Shown one piece after another: positions 51,508-64,000 of a stretch of 64,000 nt of DNA. The notes below the pieces were generated by a model that was given only the letters and a program-made list of their open reading frames with translations, searched no databases and was not told where the DNA came from. How positions within the stretch are numbered: the stretch's first letter is position 1; each line of letters starts with the position of its first letter. Origin of the DNA: Paraspadella gotoi (Eukaryota; Animalia; Chaetognatha); the NCBI GenBank assembly GCA_051294375.1, contig CM119264.1, positions 4,117,392 to 4,181,391 of the forward strand, read 5' to 3'. A program made the position numbers and the translations under genes.

Positions 51508-54500
51508 CCTCTTTCACCTCCTTTCCTCTTTATTTCCTTCTTACTACTTTCCTTTTTTTTTCTCTCTTTCCTCTTCTCTTTTGCGTATTCGAGTCTTTTC
51601 CTCGTCAAACTGATTTTTTTCCCTTTTTGCCAATTCGCCGACTGTAAAAGAAAAAGCGGCGTGATTTCCTCGTCGGACCGCCCGCCCGCTTGGAAAGTGG
51701 TTTAGACTGAAAGCGCTAGATGGGTTGTTATAAATTATATAAAAATCAAAAATATTATAAATTGAAAGAATATGAAAAACCAAAACTTAATTTGTAATTT
51801 TTTTTAGCTTCAAAATTTAACCAAATTTTAGCATTACGTTAAAGATTAAAATTCTCATATAGTATTTTATTCAGAAGATAATAAACCCAGAGAAAATTAT
51901 TTTTTTTCCGAAAATCAATAAACTAATTTTTATTAATTTTTNNNNNNNNNNNNNNNNNNNNNNNNNNNNNNNNNNNNNNNNNNNNNNNNNNNNNNNNNNN
52001 NNNNNNNNNNNNNNNNNNNNNNNNNNNNNNNNNNNNNNNNNNNNNNNNNNNNNNNNNNNNNNNNNNNNNNNNNNNNNNNNNNNNNNNNNNNNNNNNNNNN
52101 NNNNNNNNNNNNNNNNNNNNNNNNNNNNNNNNNNNNNNNNNNNNNNNNNNNNNNNNNNNNNNNNNNNNNNNNNNNNNNNNNNNNNNNNNNNNNNNNNNNN
52201 NNNNNNNNNNNNNNNNNNNNNNNNNNNNNNNNNNNNNNNNNNNNNNNNNNNNNNNNNNNNNNNNNNNNNNNNNNNNNNNNNNNNNNNNNNNNNNNNNNNN
52301 NNNNNNNNNNNNNNNNNNNNNNNNNNNNNNNNNNNNNNNNNNNNNNNNNNNNNNNNNNNNNNNNNNNNNNNNNNNNNNNNNNNNNNNNNNNNNNNNNNNN
52401 NNNNNNNNNNNNNNNNNNNNNNNNNNNNNNNNNNNNNNNNNNNNNNNNNNNNNNNNNNNNNNNNNNNNNNNNNNNNNNNNNNNNNNNNNNNNNNNNNNNN
52501 NNNNNNNNNNNNNNNNNNNNNNNNNNNNNNNNNNNNNNNNNNNNNNNNNNNNNNNNNNNNNNNNNNNNNNNNNNNNNNNNNNNNNNNNNNNNNNNNNNNN
52601 NNNNNNNNNNNNNNNNNNNNNNNNNNNNNNNNNNNNNNNNNNNNNNNNNNNNNNNNNNNNNNNNNNNNNNNNGCCTCCGTCTTTCTACTTTATATTTTGT
52701 TTTAGATTTTAAGATCCATTGTTCCCAGGCAGTTTAACTAAAAAGACAGTTGTTTGAATTTAATTTTTCATTCTTTATATTTTTTTCTCAATACGCATTT
52801 TTCGTGGTATAAAATTATTTTCATTTTCGACTTTTGGATGTAAATTACATTTTTTCCCTTATTGTTTGTGTTTTTTGAGTTATTTTTGGTGATTAACTCT
52901 GCGCATTTAATATATACTTAAAAATCTCAACATCTAAAATAAAGCACTCGACAAAAAAAACTCGTGGATTATACATATTTCCAAAACAAAAAGAGAAAAT
53001 ATGACTTTGCGGTTTTAAGCAATTTCGATTAATTTTTGGGTGTTTTTGGTTTCGAGTCGTGGGGAAAAAATGAGTTGAGTAAATTGGTTAGGGTGACGGA
53101 TGCTCGAGGATGATGACCCGACCCGACGACGACGATGATGATGAAGACGACGACGACGACGACAACGACGACGACGACGACGACAACCAAAACAAAAGGA
53201 CTTACGTGTTCGCGAATAACTTTTTAGTTTTCGTCATGAAACAAAATCCCCGTCGGAATAATTAAAACTCCTTGATTATATNNNNNNNNNNNNNNNNNNN
53301 NNNNNNAACAATAAAACAGAAAAAAATAAAAACAGATCGTCTGAGATTTTAGCTCTGAATACGAGTGCATAGCGCAAATATTCGCTATAGTGTATCTTGT
53401 GTAATAATCAGTGATAAGTTAATTCTCTAATTGAGATTGATTGCACAGAGGAAAACAGAAAAGTAAGCCGTTGATCCCGTTTGGGAGATGAATGAGATTG
53501 ACATGTAATACATATACTCACACACGAACGCTGAGTGAGCAGAGAGACAACAAAAAAGATTGTGTAGTATGAGAATGGCAGAGTAAGGACAGTGGCCTAT
53601 GTTTAGTGTATTGCGAAGCAAAAAAAGAGAGAGAGAGTGAGACGCAGGAAAGAGAGTATGTAGATAGGGTGATGAAGCTCGAGACTAGCGATCGGATCAG
53701 GAATGAGGGGGGAGCATGAGAGATGGACGAAGTGATCGCTAGTGAACGTGAGAGAGAGGAGATTGTCGGCAGTTAGCTAGCATTAGGGGAACCATGACCG
53801 AGAGAGGATGTACTGCGATGAGGGTAAGAAAAGGGATTTCCTTGTTTATACATTCGGAAGTGAGCAAGAGGATGGGCAAAAAGACGACATGGGAAATAAT
53901 CTTTCGAAACCCATTTGAATAAAAAAGCCGCCCATGTTGCGCCGCAGCTTGTGGACTAGCGCGTGTTCGAGTGCTGATGCGACGTCTACCTCCTTCGTGC
54001 TATGCCGCTTCGGTGACTCGACAAGATATGAGGATTAGTGGTAAGGGGGAAGGCAAGAGGTAAGAGAAGAACGCAGATACTGGGTGAGGAATGGCGGCGC
54101 GAATATGACCCTACGATGAATATACGAGGCCGGAGGGCGCAGAGGAGGCGGGCGCCCTTCGGGGGGGCGGGCGGGCCATCCGTTTCGACTCAGCACGCCG
54201 TTTCTCGCCCATAAATAGGCTATGGAGTGATGGGAAGGCGGATTCTGTGAGTCACGACCGGAGAAAATATCAGGAGTCGTCCTTCTTCGGCGGAGGGATA
54301 GTGAAAAAAGTTATCGCGAGTCGGTCCGCTAGAAGGTCTAAATACAAGTCGACGTACGATAATTAATTCGTCTGGATTGCCTTATGTTTATCCTTTTCGA
54401 TACTCTCTATATATTTGCGAGGGAAGATTTAGGATGAGGCAAACGGTCCATGTCACGTCGCTCTTGTCTCTCTCTCTTGCTATCTTTTGCGAGAGTGCTA

Positions 54501-54703
54501 GCGCGCAGAAGTTATCATGTCATTTGGCTCCTTGCTCCCTTTTCTCTGGATGTCTTCTCTCACTCTTTTCTCTCTTATAGTTTTTCGTTTCTTACTCTAG
54601 ACCTCTATCGAAAGCCATGCAAAGTCCTCATGTCGCTCTCTTCTCTCTCTCCTCTCTCTCTACTCTCTTCTGTATATAAATGGTTATTTTTTGTGACGGT
54701 TTA

Positions 54704-55765
54704 GTATGAAGAAGGTCAAAGGGCCCAAATGGCCCGTCAGTTATGGGCGGTTTCTTGACTTTTGTTCAAATTTACGCGGGATCACTATCGTCCTATGACT
54801 CTCTTCCCCTCTTCTTCTCTTTGCTCTCTTTCTTTTTTTTGTCTTTCTTTCTTCTCTTTCTTTTCTCCCCTTTCTTCTAATTCTTTTTTTTTCTTTCTTT
54901 CTTTTCTTTTCTTTCTTTTCATTCTCTCTCTGTCGTCGCTCTCTCTTCTCGCTCTTCTCTCTCGAGCTCCTGCTGCTTTCTCGCCTCTCGCTACCTCTCT
55001 TTCGCTCTCTCTCTCGTCTCTCTTCTCTCTTCGTCTCTCTTCTCTCTCTCTTCATCTCTCTCTCTTCATATAAATTTTTTTTTGCGTGTAGTATGAAAGG
55101 TCGTAGGGGCCAAATGGCCCGCAGGATGGGGGTTTCTTTACTTTGTCAAATTACGCAGGAGATCCACTATTCGTTCCTGATTACACCTCTGTATTCTCTC
55201 TTTAGTCTTTTCTTTCTTTTTTTCATTTCTTTTCGTTTTTGATCTGCTCTCTCTCTCTCTCTCTTTGCTCCTCTCTCGTTCTACTCTGCATCGTCTCTCT
55301 CTCCTCTCCAATTGTATCAAATGTTTTTGTGCGTTGAATGATACAAGAGTGGTCAAGGGCCCGAAATGGCCCGCACTGAGGATGGGGGGTTCTTTACTTT
55401 GCCAAATTAGCGCGGGAGAATCACGTATGCGTCCATTACTTTCTTTCTCTCTTTCTCTCTGCCTCTTTTTTTTCAGATCGGATCGTTCTTTCTCTCAAAG
55501 ATTTGTTATTCTTTTAGAATTTCTTTTAATTTCTCTTCTTTTACTTTCTTCCTTCCTTCTGCTGCATCCTCTTTTCTTCTCATCTCTCTCCTCTGTCTCT
55601 CCTCGTCTCTGATACTCTCTCCTCTCGTATTCATTAGTATTGATGTTTTTGCAGAGTGAGAGGTATATTGGACAAGGTCAGGGCCCAAATGGGCCCGCAG
55701 AGTGGAAGAGGGGTCTTTACTTGTCAAATTACGCGCGGGAATCACTAATCGTCCGATGACTCTTC
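54704..55765. repeat. Tandem array of a cassette of about 100 bp separated by CT-rich spacers (4 copies, period about 250-390 bp)
   Basis: AAGGTCAAGGGCCCAAATGGCCCGCAG...CTTTACTTTGTCAAATTACGCGGGAATCACTATCGTCC recurs at about 54710, 55097, 55350 and 55674. Confidence 0.8.
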
Positions 55766-57611
55766 TCTCTTTCTCGCTCTTTCTCGTACTCTCTACTCGT
55801 CGTTTTACTTTCTCTCTCTCTCGTCTCTCTCTCTCGTCTCTCTCATGTCTCCGTCTACCATCGTCTCTCCTCGTGCTACTCTCTCTCTTCTCTCTCTCTC
55901 TCTCGTCTCTCTCTCTCTCTCTTTCGCTTACTGATTCACTTTTCTGTCTCTTCATTTTCCAAATTCAAATTTCACCGAAAATCAAATTTTTTTTAAAACT
56001 TTTCAACTCGAGAACTTTCATTCTTCCGTTTTCTTTTTTGTTTCGTATCGGACAACATGGTAAAATCAGCCGGCAAGTCGAGAAGATTTAACTGCGTTTC
56101 TCATTTTTTTGTTTTTTTTGTTATTTTTTTTGCAACGACTTTTTTTATGACTTTCAAAACTTATCACGGTCGCACGAAGTTAAAAATTAACTATATTACT
56201 TTACTCGTATGTATATAAGAAAAGTCTATTTGTTTTTTGTTTTTTAATTTTCGTTTGTTATTTCCCCTATTTATAATTTGGCCGTTCTCTTGTTTTTACA
56301 TCAACAAATATCGTCGACGTTTGACGGTTGGCACGAAAGACTGGAATCAATTTGTTCGCGGTTCCACATTCCATTGACTCCGTCTACCGTAATTTCTAGG
56401 ACCAACTGTACTCCGGATGCCCCACAGCGGAGACCGTTTAAAGCGAACCAGTTTTAGACTCTAGTCTTTGGGCGTGGGTTGCGCAAACGATGAGACATGG
56501 TTATGGAAATTTGAGGGCGTTGGAATCGCATAAAAAAAGATATGCGATCTGCCCTCACAGAAAATCCATCCTTTTCTCCAGCCTTCCACGGTCTCACTCT
56601 CTATCCATTTCACTCTCTCTCACTCTCCATCAACACTTCTCCCCCCCATTCTCCACGAACCAGTTTTCAAAAGCTTTTCAAACGTCATTTTCTATAACGA
56701 GGGAAAAGATAAAGCTCCCCTTTCTTCTCTCTTTTATTCCCCTTTTTTTTATTCCACTTTTTCTTTCTTTCTTTGATTTTTTTTTTGTTCATTTTATTTT
56801 TATTTTTATGTTTTTTGTCGAATTTTCGTTTCGAAAGTCGAGACTTTCTTTTTTTTGGTTTGTGGTTATTTTTTTTTCTTTCTTTTTTTTTTGAAAGTTT
56901 AAAAGCCGCAACCTTAAAAAAAAAAAGAAAAAAAGAAGAAACAACTGATCTCCCCAAAGGTTACATAGACTTTTCTTTGGTCCAAAAAAGTCAGAGAAAG
57001 GGGAGNNNNNNNNNNNNNNNNNNNNNNNNNNNNNNNNNNNNNNNNNNNNNNNNNNNNNNNNNNNNNNNNNNNNNNNNNNNNNNNNNNNNNNNNNNNNNNN
57101 NNNNNNNNNNNNNNNNNNNNNNNNNNNNNNNNNNNNNNNNNNNNNNNNNNNNNNNNNNNNNNNNNNNNNNNNNNNNNNNNNNNNNNNNNNNNNNNNNNNN
57201 NNNNNNNNNNNNNNNNNNNNNNNNNNNNNNNNNNNNNNCTCTCTCTCTCCAGTAGAAAGGCGTCGGGAATCCGCCGGTGCCCGCTGCCCGCTGCCCGGGA
57301 ACAGCGATCTCATTTTTTGGCCCGACGATCCATCCGCTGCCCTTCCGCCCGCAGCCGTCCCACCGCCGCGCCGCATCTGCCGAGCAGAGAGCTGCTGCTA
57401 TCGAAACATAGTAGCCTTTGGCCAATCATAAGCCGTGAAAGAGAAGAGAATCCACCAATAGGAAGACGAAAAGGATAAAAAAATAGACCAATGGGAGGGG
57501 TTAACGATAACCGGCGAGTAAGTGGTCGTGGTGAGTGATTTAGGTGGTTGGGATGAGGTTTATGTTGGCAGAAACCGTTATATTTGTTGAAAAAGCTTTA
57601 AAGAACAAGCA

Positions 57612-57860
57612 AGGTTCCCGGATGACCGAGGTTTCCGGATGACCAAGGTTCACGGGACGAGCGAGGTTCTCGAGAGTTTAAGCGAAACGGTGATTAAAGC
57701 TGAGTCAGTTGCGTGGGAAAGACAATGCGCTCGTGATCGAATGTTGACGACATTCAAGAGTCATGGTGGTCTCCCCGCCAGGATGTGGGCGGATGGAAGG
57801 CAAAGCCTCGCCGCGGGATGTGGGCGGATGGAAGGCAAAGCCTCTCCATGGGATGTGGGG
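57612..57860. repeat. Short tandem repeats: 17-bp AGGTTYCCGGATGACCR (about 4 copies) and 35-bp GGATGTGGGCGGATGGAAGGCAAAGCCTC (about 2.3 copies)
   Basis: The 35-bp unit starts at 57781, 57816 and 57851. The 17-bp unit spans about 57612-57672. Confidence 0.75.
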
Positions 57861-57987
57861 CGGAGAAAATGGTTTTCAAAAAGAGTCCGACTTGAAGAGT
57901 CAGCCTTTTTTTTTCCGGGGAAAACAATGGTCGAGTTCTTTTGACTCGCACTGTCACCTCCTTTGGGAATCCGGGCAAAAACGCGGG

Positions 57988-58028
<41 letters not shown>

Positions 58029-58270
58029 CTCTCTCTTTCCTGAGTGACGCAAGACCCTCTGACCTTTTTGCTCTGTTTTACGCCAACGCTACGCCAATCA
58101 CCACGATGTTGTCTAAAATTAAAATTCGGTCGCCATTAATCGATCAAACTGAGTTGATAATCTCAATATTTAAACCAAAGCACAATTTTAAATAAACAAA
58201 ATTGACTCAGTTAAACAAGAACGCGAATATTTGTGTCTAATATAAACTAATGACGGGATCTGCAAGTAAC

Positions 58271-61200
58271 TTTTGATCGAGACCCGCATTTAAACAAAAT
58301 TTCGAAATTATTCAAACAAAAATCAAATCTACTCGTGTTTAAACAAGAAAAGAGACAGAGAGAGAGAGAGAAGAGAGAGAAGAGGAGAGGAGAGCAGAGA
58401 AGGACGAAGAGAGAGAGAGAGAGAGGAAAGAGAAGACGAGTGTATTGATCATTAATGAGTTTTTCAGACTTTTTTACCCAACTCTGTTAGTCCAGTCGAC
58501 GCCCAGTTTGTCATAATTTTAGCTACATATAACCTATAAACACTTTTCATTGCTCTAAAGATCAGTAAATACATAATGTGCCCGAATGGCACCATATATT
58601 GAGAAGTTAGCGCTCTTCGTGCGTCGACAATTGTTTTTCTGGGCCTTGCTGGGTGGTAAGAGTTAGTATTAACAAACCTGCTTGGTTAGTATCAATAAAC
58701 ACCCTTAATAATAATCAAGCATTAAGATCCATTGCAATCTGCTTTGCTTCAAAGCAAGTTAGAGTCCTATATTGAGATAACAATTAATCAAAACTTAATG
58801 TATTCTAATTAATTATAAACAATTAAAATAATAAACATTAATTAAAAGAGATACTAATCTAAACATTGATAACTACAGAAGCCGCAGACGCGACTTCAAA
58901 GTAGGGTTGTTAATTGATTAAGTTTATCTCTGTGAAATCAATTTTTAAAGCTAGGTAAAAAACCAACAAGTTAAGTCAGGCTGATTGTTAATCCGATGGA
59001 ACTGAAACAGATTGCATCATTTGTTTCGGGAGAACAAAAGATAATAAGTAATTGTGTTTAAACTAATAAAGTCTTTTAATCAAGTTTGCTCAAAAAAAAG
59101 GTTACCACCAATAACTATTTGAGTTGAACAATGCTTTGGATGAAGTATCGGGGATGAGATATTCTCGCAGATGAGAGAATCCATCATCCCCCCCAGTACG
59201 GTAACAATAATAGCTTTCAACGGAACGCAGCGTTCTGGGGCTTATTAAAGGTAAGTACTTTACTAGTCTGAAATATCTTCTCACACCTAATATAAGTACA
59301 TATTATACTATCATAAAATTGTAAAAAAAATGTTTTAATCACTTCAAATACTATTAACTGCTATTAACGGAGCGTTATAAAGTTGGGCTGGTTTGAAAAG
59401 CCGTTTATTCATTTTAAAATGTAAAGTTTGATGGCTTGGGCGTCAGAATATCCCCCATCGGTGGGCCGTGGCCGTTGACACACCTTCTCTTACGTTTGGC
59501 GTTGGCGCGGACAATGGCTGCTTTGGTGAAATAGGGGGACGCGCGGCCGAATGTGAGGTGAGGGTGCGGCGGCCGTGCCCTCTCGGCGGCATTGATTTCT
59601 TCTCTTTGAAGTCCGCCCGCATCGCACGGGAAGCGGAAAACGGGATGTGTCTCTTTGTTCGATGACGTTAGGTGCGGTTGACGCTGGAATCAGATCGGAG
59701 GCTTGGTGGTTTCGACGTGGGGGAGATGCTTTTTCGTCGTTTCTCGGTCGTCGCCGTCAATTTTATCTTGGGTTGTTTGGGCGTGGACGGCGCTAGTACG
59801 TTGGAAGGGAGTCATTGAGCCGAGTTTTGGCCCGTCGATTGTGGGGGAGGTGGACGAGGGTTGGGTAGGCACGGCGGGGTCGGGAACTTTGTTCTCGCTA
59901 TCCCTCCCGGTCAAGCCCATAGGTTGCTGGTTTGATCCGTGCGAATGGCGATTGTTTGAGCCGCAGGGCGCCGCGGGGCATATTCGACTTTGAAGTTGAG
60001 ATTTGTCGCGAGACACGACTCGATATGGGGCGTGATAAAGGCGCCGTCAACGCTGGGTGCAACCAGGTGCGCTTTGAATGAAGACGGCTGCGTCGCGATC
60101 CACCTGAGGGTTTCGGGGTAGATAAAGGCGGTTGCGCGCTCGTGTGCTGAAGTCTCGGTTGGTTGGAGGCGCTCGATCCTACCACCTCTATGGAGAATTG
60201 CTCCGCGTAATCCGTTCGAGCTGTTCCTCTTGTATCGAAGTTGGTTGTCAGAGATTGGTGGAAAGGAGCACGTCGCCCCGGCACTGGCGGTCCTTCACGC
60301 CAAAGACTAACGCTCGGCTGGAGATGCCTCAATGTCCGGATTTTTTATAGTTGTTCGATTGGCTCAGAGGGACGAAAACGGAGTCTCCAGAAACCCATTT
60401 GTGGGGATTCTTGGAGTCACCTTGAGCGCTGATCAGCGACTCACTATATTAGACGGCCGATGAACAACGACAGTATGCTAATATGATAAAAGTAATGAAA
60501 CGTGATAGTTAAAACCCGAAATGCCGTCTTGTACTGGCGGAATGGTAGGTCGCTCTGTCGTCTGATTGGTTGCTTTAGATTCCGCAACAGGCTTTGTTGT
60601 TACTGAATCCTCCCAAGATGGCTCGCCTGCAAATTGTTGCATCTCGCGATCCGTATGCTTGATGGGGCCGCTGGGATCCCGTAGTGGGGACAATCAGATG
60701 GGTCCGATCGCGTCTAGTACTGATGTGTCGTACAAATGAGTGTCTCTCATTGGGTATAAGCTGGCGGGGCCAACCTCGGAAAATTCTGTCGACTATCTGT
60801 GAGGAGGTCGAGCTTTGAAAACCATTCTTATGACCTTTGGAATCAATGCAATTGTTCACGTTGTTAAGTGTTGAAATCGTTTCGGCCGGGACTTCTGTAA
60901 GGTCGCCGGATATTGGTGGGGTCACGGTGTGACCGTGTGAACCTTTTCGCAATATTGATTTTCAGATTGGCAGGAGCACCTCACTGTGCCCAGCGGGTGG
61001 TTGTCTTAGCTCGGTAGATATTGTGTCTATATATAGATTTTGACAATATCCTTTTGAGGCGATTGGTTCTTTTTGCACTGCGTCCTCTTTCGCATTCCTG
61101 GTGTCTCCTAAGTTTTCACCGTGAATAGCCGTTGAAGATTTATACGCTTTTTTTCCGCGCCATGATCCTGGCACGAAAGGTCGTGCGGCGATTCGGGCAA

Positions 61201-62543
61201 TCACGAAGAGTTGCTGATTCCCACTGTGACTATCTGCGGAAATTGAGAAGGCCCCCCGTCTGGCGTCGCTGGGCAAGGCGCTGGAAATATCGTCTCCGGC
61301 GATCCAATGCTTGGTGCCTGCGCACTATTTTTTTCCTTTCCTCGAGTCAAACACGTTGGTTTTACCGCTCTTGCCCGATTAACTGGGCCGTTGAGACGGG
61401 TCGCTGGAGGTCTCCTGCTTGGCGTTTTTTTCTCCTGAAGGTAGTGGGCGGTCGATTGGTGGCGATTCGCGGCGTTTGGGCGCAGAAAAGCGTCGGCACG
61501 ACCACATTGGCCTTGTGCCTGGTCGGTGTTTATTTGTTGCGATGTCAGTCGTGATTGGATATGACTGGATAGTTGTGGAAAGTTATGGCGAGTTTGTTTG
61601 AGGGCTCGCTCGCTTGTGGAGGGTGTATTAGAACTGATGGTCAGTTGTAAGAGATGTAAACCGATCTGCCTTTCAAGCCAGTGCGAAAATGTCGGATATC
61701 GCTCGGAATGCTTCCTCCATATCCAGTTCTTTGTCCGATTTCGATACGGTTGGCCAATCGGTAATTTCTCTGTGTGTTTGGATCCTCCCCGATGTTTTGC
61801 CGTGTGTATATAGGAATTTAGGTCGAGTGGCTTCCTCCTTAGTCCTATTTTTTTTTTTCGTTTGTGCTGTTCCGCTGTTCCATTATATCCAGTCTGCCGA
61901 CGGCCTGATGTCTGGATTGCACTTTATTCCGTGGTGAGGGCATGCTGCGCGTTTGTTTGAGGGTGCCTGGTAGTAAACTGTCTCTTTGCATTTTGTCCTG
62001 TCGCTTTTTCTTTGGATTTTGCTGTTTATAAAGACACCTCCATGCAATCTTTGTTGTTTCCTGTTGTTTATTTTTTTTTTCTATTACCAATTGAGCTTGC
62101 TTTGGCTTGCCAGGGCCAAGACGTATATAATGCCGCGGCATGGTGGCGGCATCGGTTGAAACGTCGGTAGTAGTTGACCATACCGGAGGAACTCTGGAGC
62201 TCCTTTCATGTTGTGGGCGGGTTGGTGACGCGTATCGCTTTAACCCTTCTGGGGAAGGGGCTTCGCCAGTGGCGTCGACCATAGTAGGCCTAAAAATTCT
62301 CCAGTGATGGTTGGCCAGAAATCGCCATTTTCTTTGCGATTAATCACCAGTCCATTCTCGGCGAGGATAGAGTCGAACACTGTTGCCTTTCAGGNNNNNN
62401 NNNNNNNNNNNNNNNNNNNAAAGGAAATGCAGGAAAGGAAATGGGGTTAACCCTTTTTTTTGATCGAGACCGCGCATTTAAACAAAAATTTCAGAAATTA
62501 ATGTCAACGACAAAATCAAAATCTATCGTGTTTAAACAAGAAA

Positions 62544-62586
<43 letters not shown>

Positions 62587-62660
62587 ATCATTTGTCCCGT
62601 CGACGTTGTCATATTTTACATCCTACTTTTCATTGCTTCTCACATCGTAAATACTTACAT
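58271..62660. repeat. Direct duplication flanking a 25-N gap (about 58271-58575 and 62457-62660)
   Basis: TTTTGATCGAGACC(G)CGCATTTAAACAAAA...TCGTGTTTAAACAAGAAAAGAGAC(AG)n ATTGATCATT is present in both copies, with many indels. Confidence 0.75.
59450..62394 (-). mobile_element. Degraded or noisy non-LTR retrotransposon (APE endonuclease plus RT, RTE/L2-like)
   Basis: GC-rich 3-kb block with fragmentary minus-strand peptides in the expected order: APE-like (LLPGTL.., RTGYGG, LTISSNTPSTSE, FCAQ..IATN), pre-RT linker (PPAGHSEVLL..., LNNVNNCIDS) and QAYGSR (resembling QYGFR). No intact YADD is readable and the left boundary is approximate. Confidence 0.5.
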
Positions 62661-63054
62661 CAAGGTATGACGCGAAAAAAATTAAACTTGTTCTGGACAA
62701 AGAATAAATTAGGTCAAATTGATTATCGATCTGAAGAGAAAAGTTTCCCGATATGGTCATATTTTCGAGCTGTAAGTACCGATAAGATCTGGACCTGTAC
62801 TAGTTTGGTACTAAATTTAATCGATGAAAATCATAACTGACCAAATGACCATCCCTCACCCTTTATCATAGTGACAACATTGCAGATTCTCGGCATTGGC
62901 TTAAAAAGGAAAAAACGACAACGACAACAACAACCAATTCGAAACGGAGAACGGATTTCAATCACGTGATCGGCGAATGTCGAGAGATCATCGTGAGAAA
63001 GATTGTGATCTTCCGCGATTCACAAAAGATTTTCGTCGATCACTGTGGTGGTGG

Positions 63055-63055
<1 letters not shown>

Positions 63056-63112
<57 letters not shown>
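63056..63112. repeat. (GAT)n microsatellite
   Basis: Perfect trinucleotide run. Confidence 0.95.
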
Positions 63113-64000
63113 AATCAGCAGAGTATTTCCACAATTTTGACAAGAATCAGAAAGGAAAGAAATGAAAAGTGAAAAGTGAAAAGTCGCGTGACCACATGGA
63201 TGAATATCACGCGGTCTCGTAAGATGGTCACGTGACCAGAGGGCGTGTAATCCACACGCAGCCTTCATCGATTCTCGATGCTTTCGAGTCGGCGTCGGAC
63301 GTCAGAGTTAAGAAGATGACAAAAGGCGACGACAATGAGGACGACGACGACGACGACGACGACGACGAAAACGACGAAGATAACGACGAGAAAACGGAAG
63401 ACGAGATGCGGAAGAAGAAACGAAAAAAGATAACGAAATGACGGATTGACCTCCTGGTGAGAGATATCATAAAAATTTGACGAACAAATGTCGAGAATAA
63501 AAATGAATGACCATTTTTATTGTTTCGTTGTTTCAGTCATTTGACTATTGCATAATTTTTAAATTGAATGTATGCTTAAATTCCCTTTTATTTCTATTTA
63601 AATGTTACAATTTTAATTTCTGAGAGAACTTAGGAGTATGTTTTGATCCTAAGACCTATCTACAGTTTTTAATAATCGTAGGAAAACATTCATCTCAAAG
63701 ATTTATACAATGAAAAATTATGTTCTTCAGAAACTTGTTCCGTTTTTTAAGAACAATTCTTAATTTTTAACGCATTAATTTTATTTAATTAATTTTTTTT
63801 CCTCTATTTTATTATGTTTTCGTTCGCTCACACTTAGTCTATGCTTGTTTGTTGATGATGATTGTACTGAATCAACCTTGTTTTATTCGAATAAGATCGC
63901 AAGAGTGGGGCTAGCAATTGAGTCCATTCCCATACTCACTCCCTTTTTCGATCCATTTTAATCCTCCCCCCCACGATCCCCGTCTCTAATTCCACGCAAT

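Noticed and set aside
53340-54400. Complex-looking unique sequence after the 25-N gap
   Set aside because: No readable ORF or motif; it appears to be low-accuracy read sequence.
54704-55765. CRISPR-like appearance of the repeat-spacer array
   Set aside because: The repeats are about 100 bp, the spacers are microsatellites, there are no cas genes and the context is eukaryotic.
58271-62660. Flanking direct repeats as LTRs or a giant TSD of the 59-62 kb element
   Set aside because: They abut a 25-N gap, contain microsatellite and lack TG...CA ends, so an assembly overlap explains them better.

Overview
Gene-poor, microsatellite-rich ((AG/CT)n, (TTTA)n, (GAC)n) eukaryotic DNA, most likely from an invertebrate draft assembly. 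It has many N gaps, and several stretches look like error-prone long-read gap fill. The only confidently identified protein gene is an Rbfox/Fox-1 RNA-binding protein (45317-46672, minus strand) whose whole 451-aa CDS, including the RRM, is in one uninterrupted ORF. Downstream of it, on the same strand, are two dense strand-biased clusters of the Rbfox binding motif (U)GCAUG (about 39.7-42.0 kb and 20.1-22.2 kb) and a candidate 42-nt GT-AG intron in the putative 3' UTR, which together suggest a non-canonical autoregulatory circuit. A small dispersed repeat carries minimal type I hammerhead ribozymes with covarying stems (9.0, 14.1 and 16.2 kb; Penelope/retrozyme-like). Other mobile DNA includes a gag-only BEL/Pao-like LTR element inside an AG microsatellite (29.4-34.0 kb), a degraded non-LTR retrotransposon with a possible HDV-like ribozyme at its 5' end (59.4-62.4 kb), a DINE-1/Helentron-like element and several tandem or inverted repeats. 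All motif counts and alignments were made by eye.
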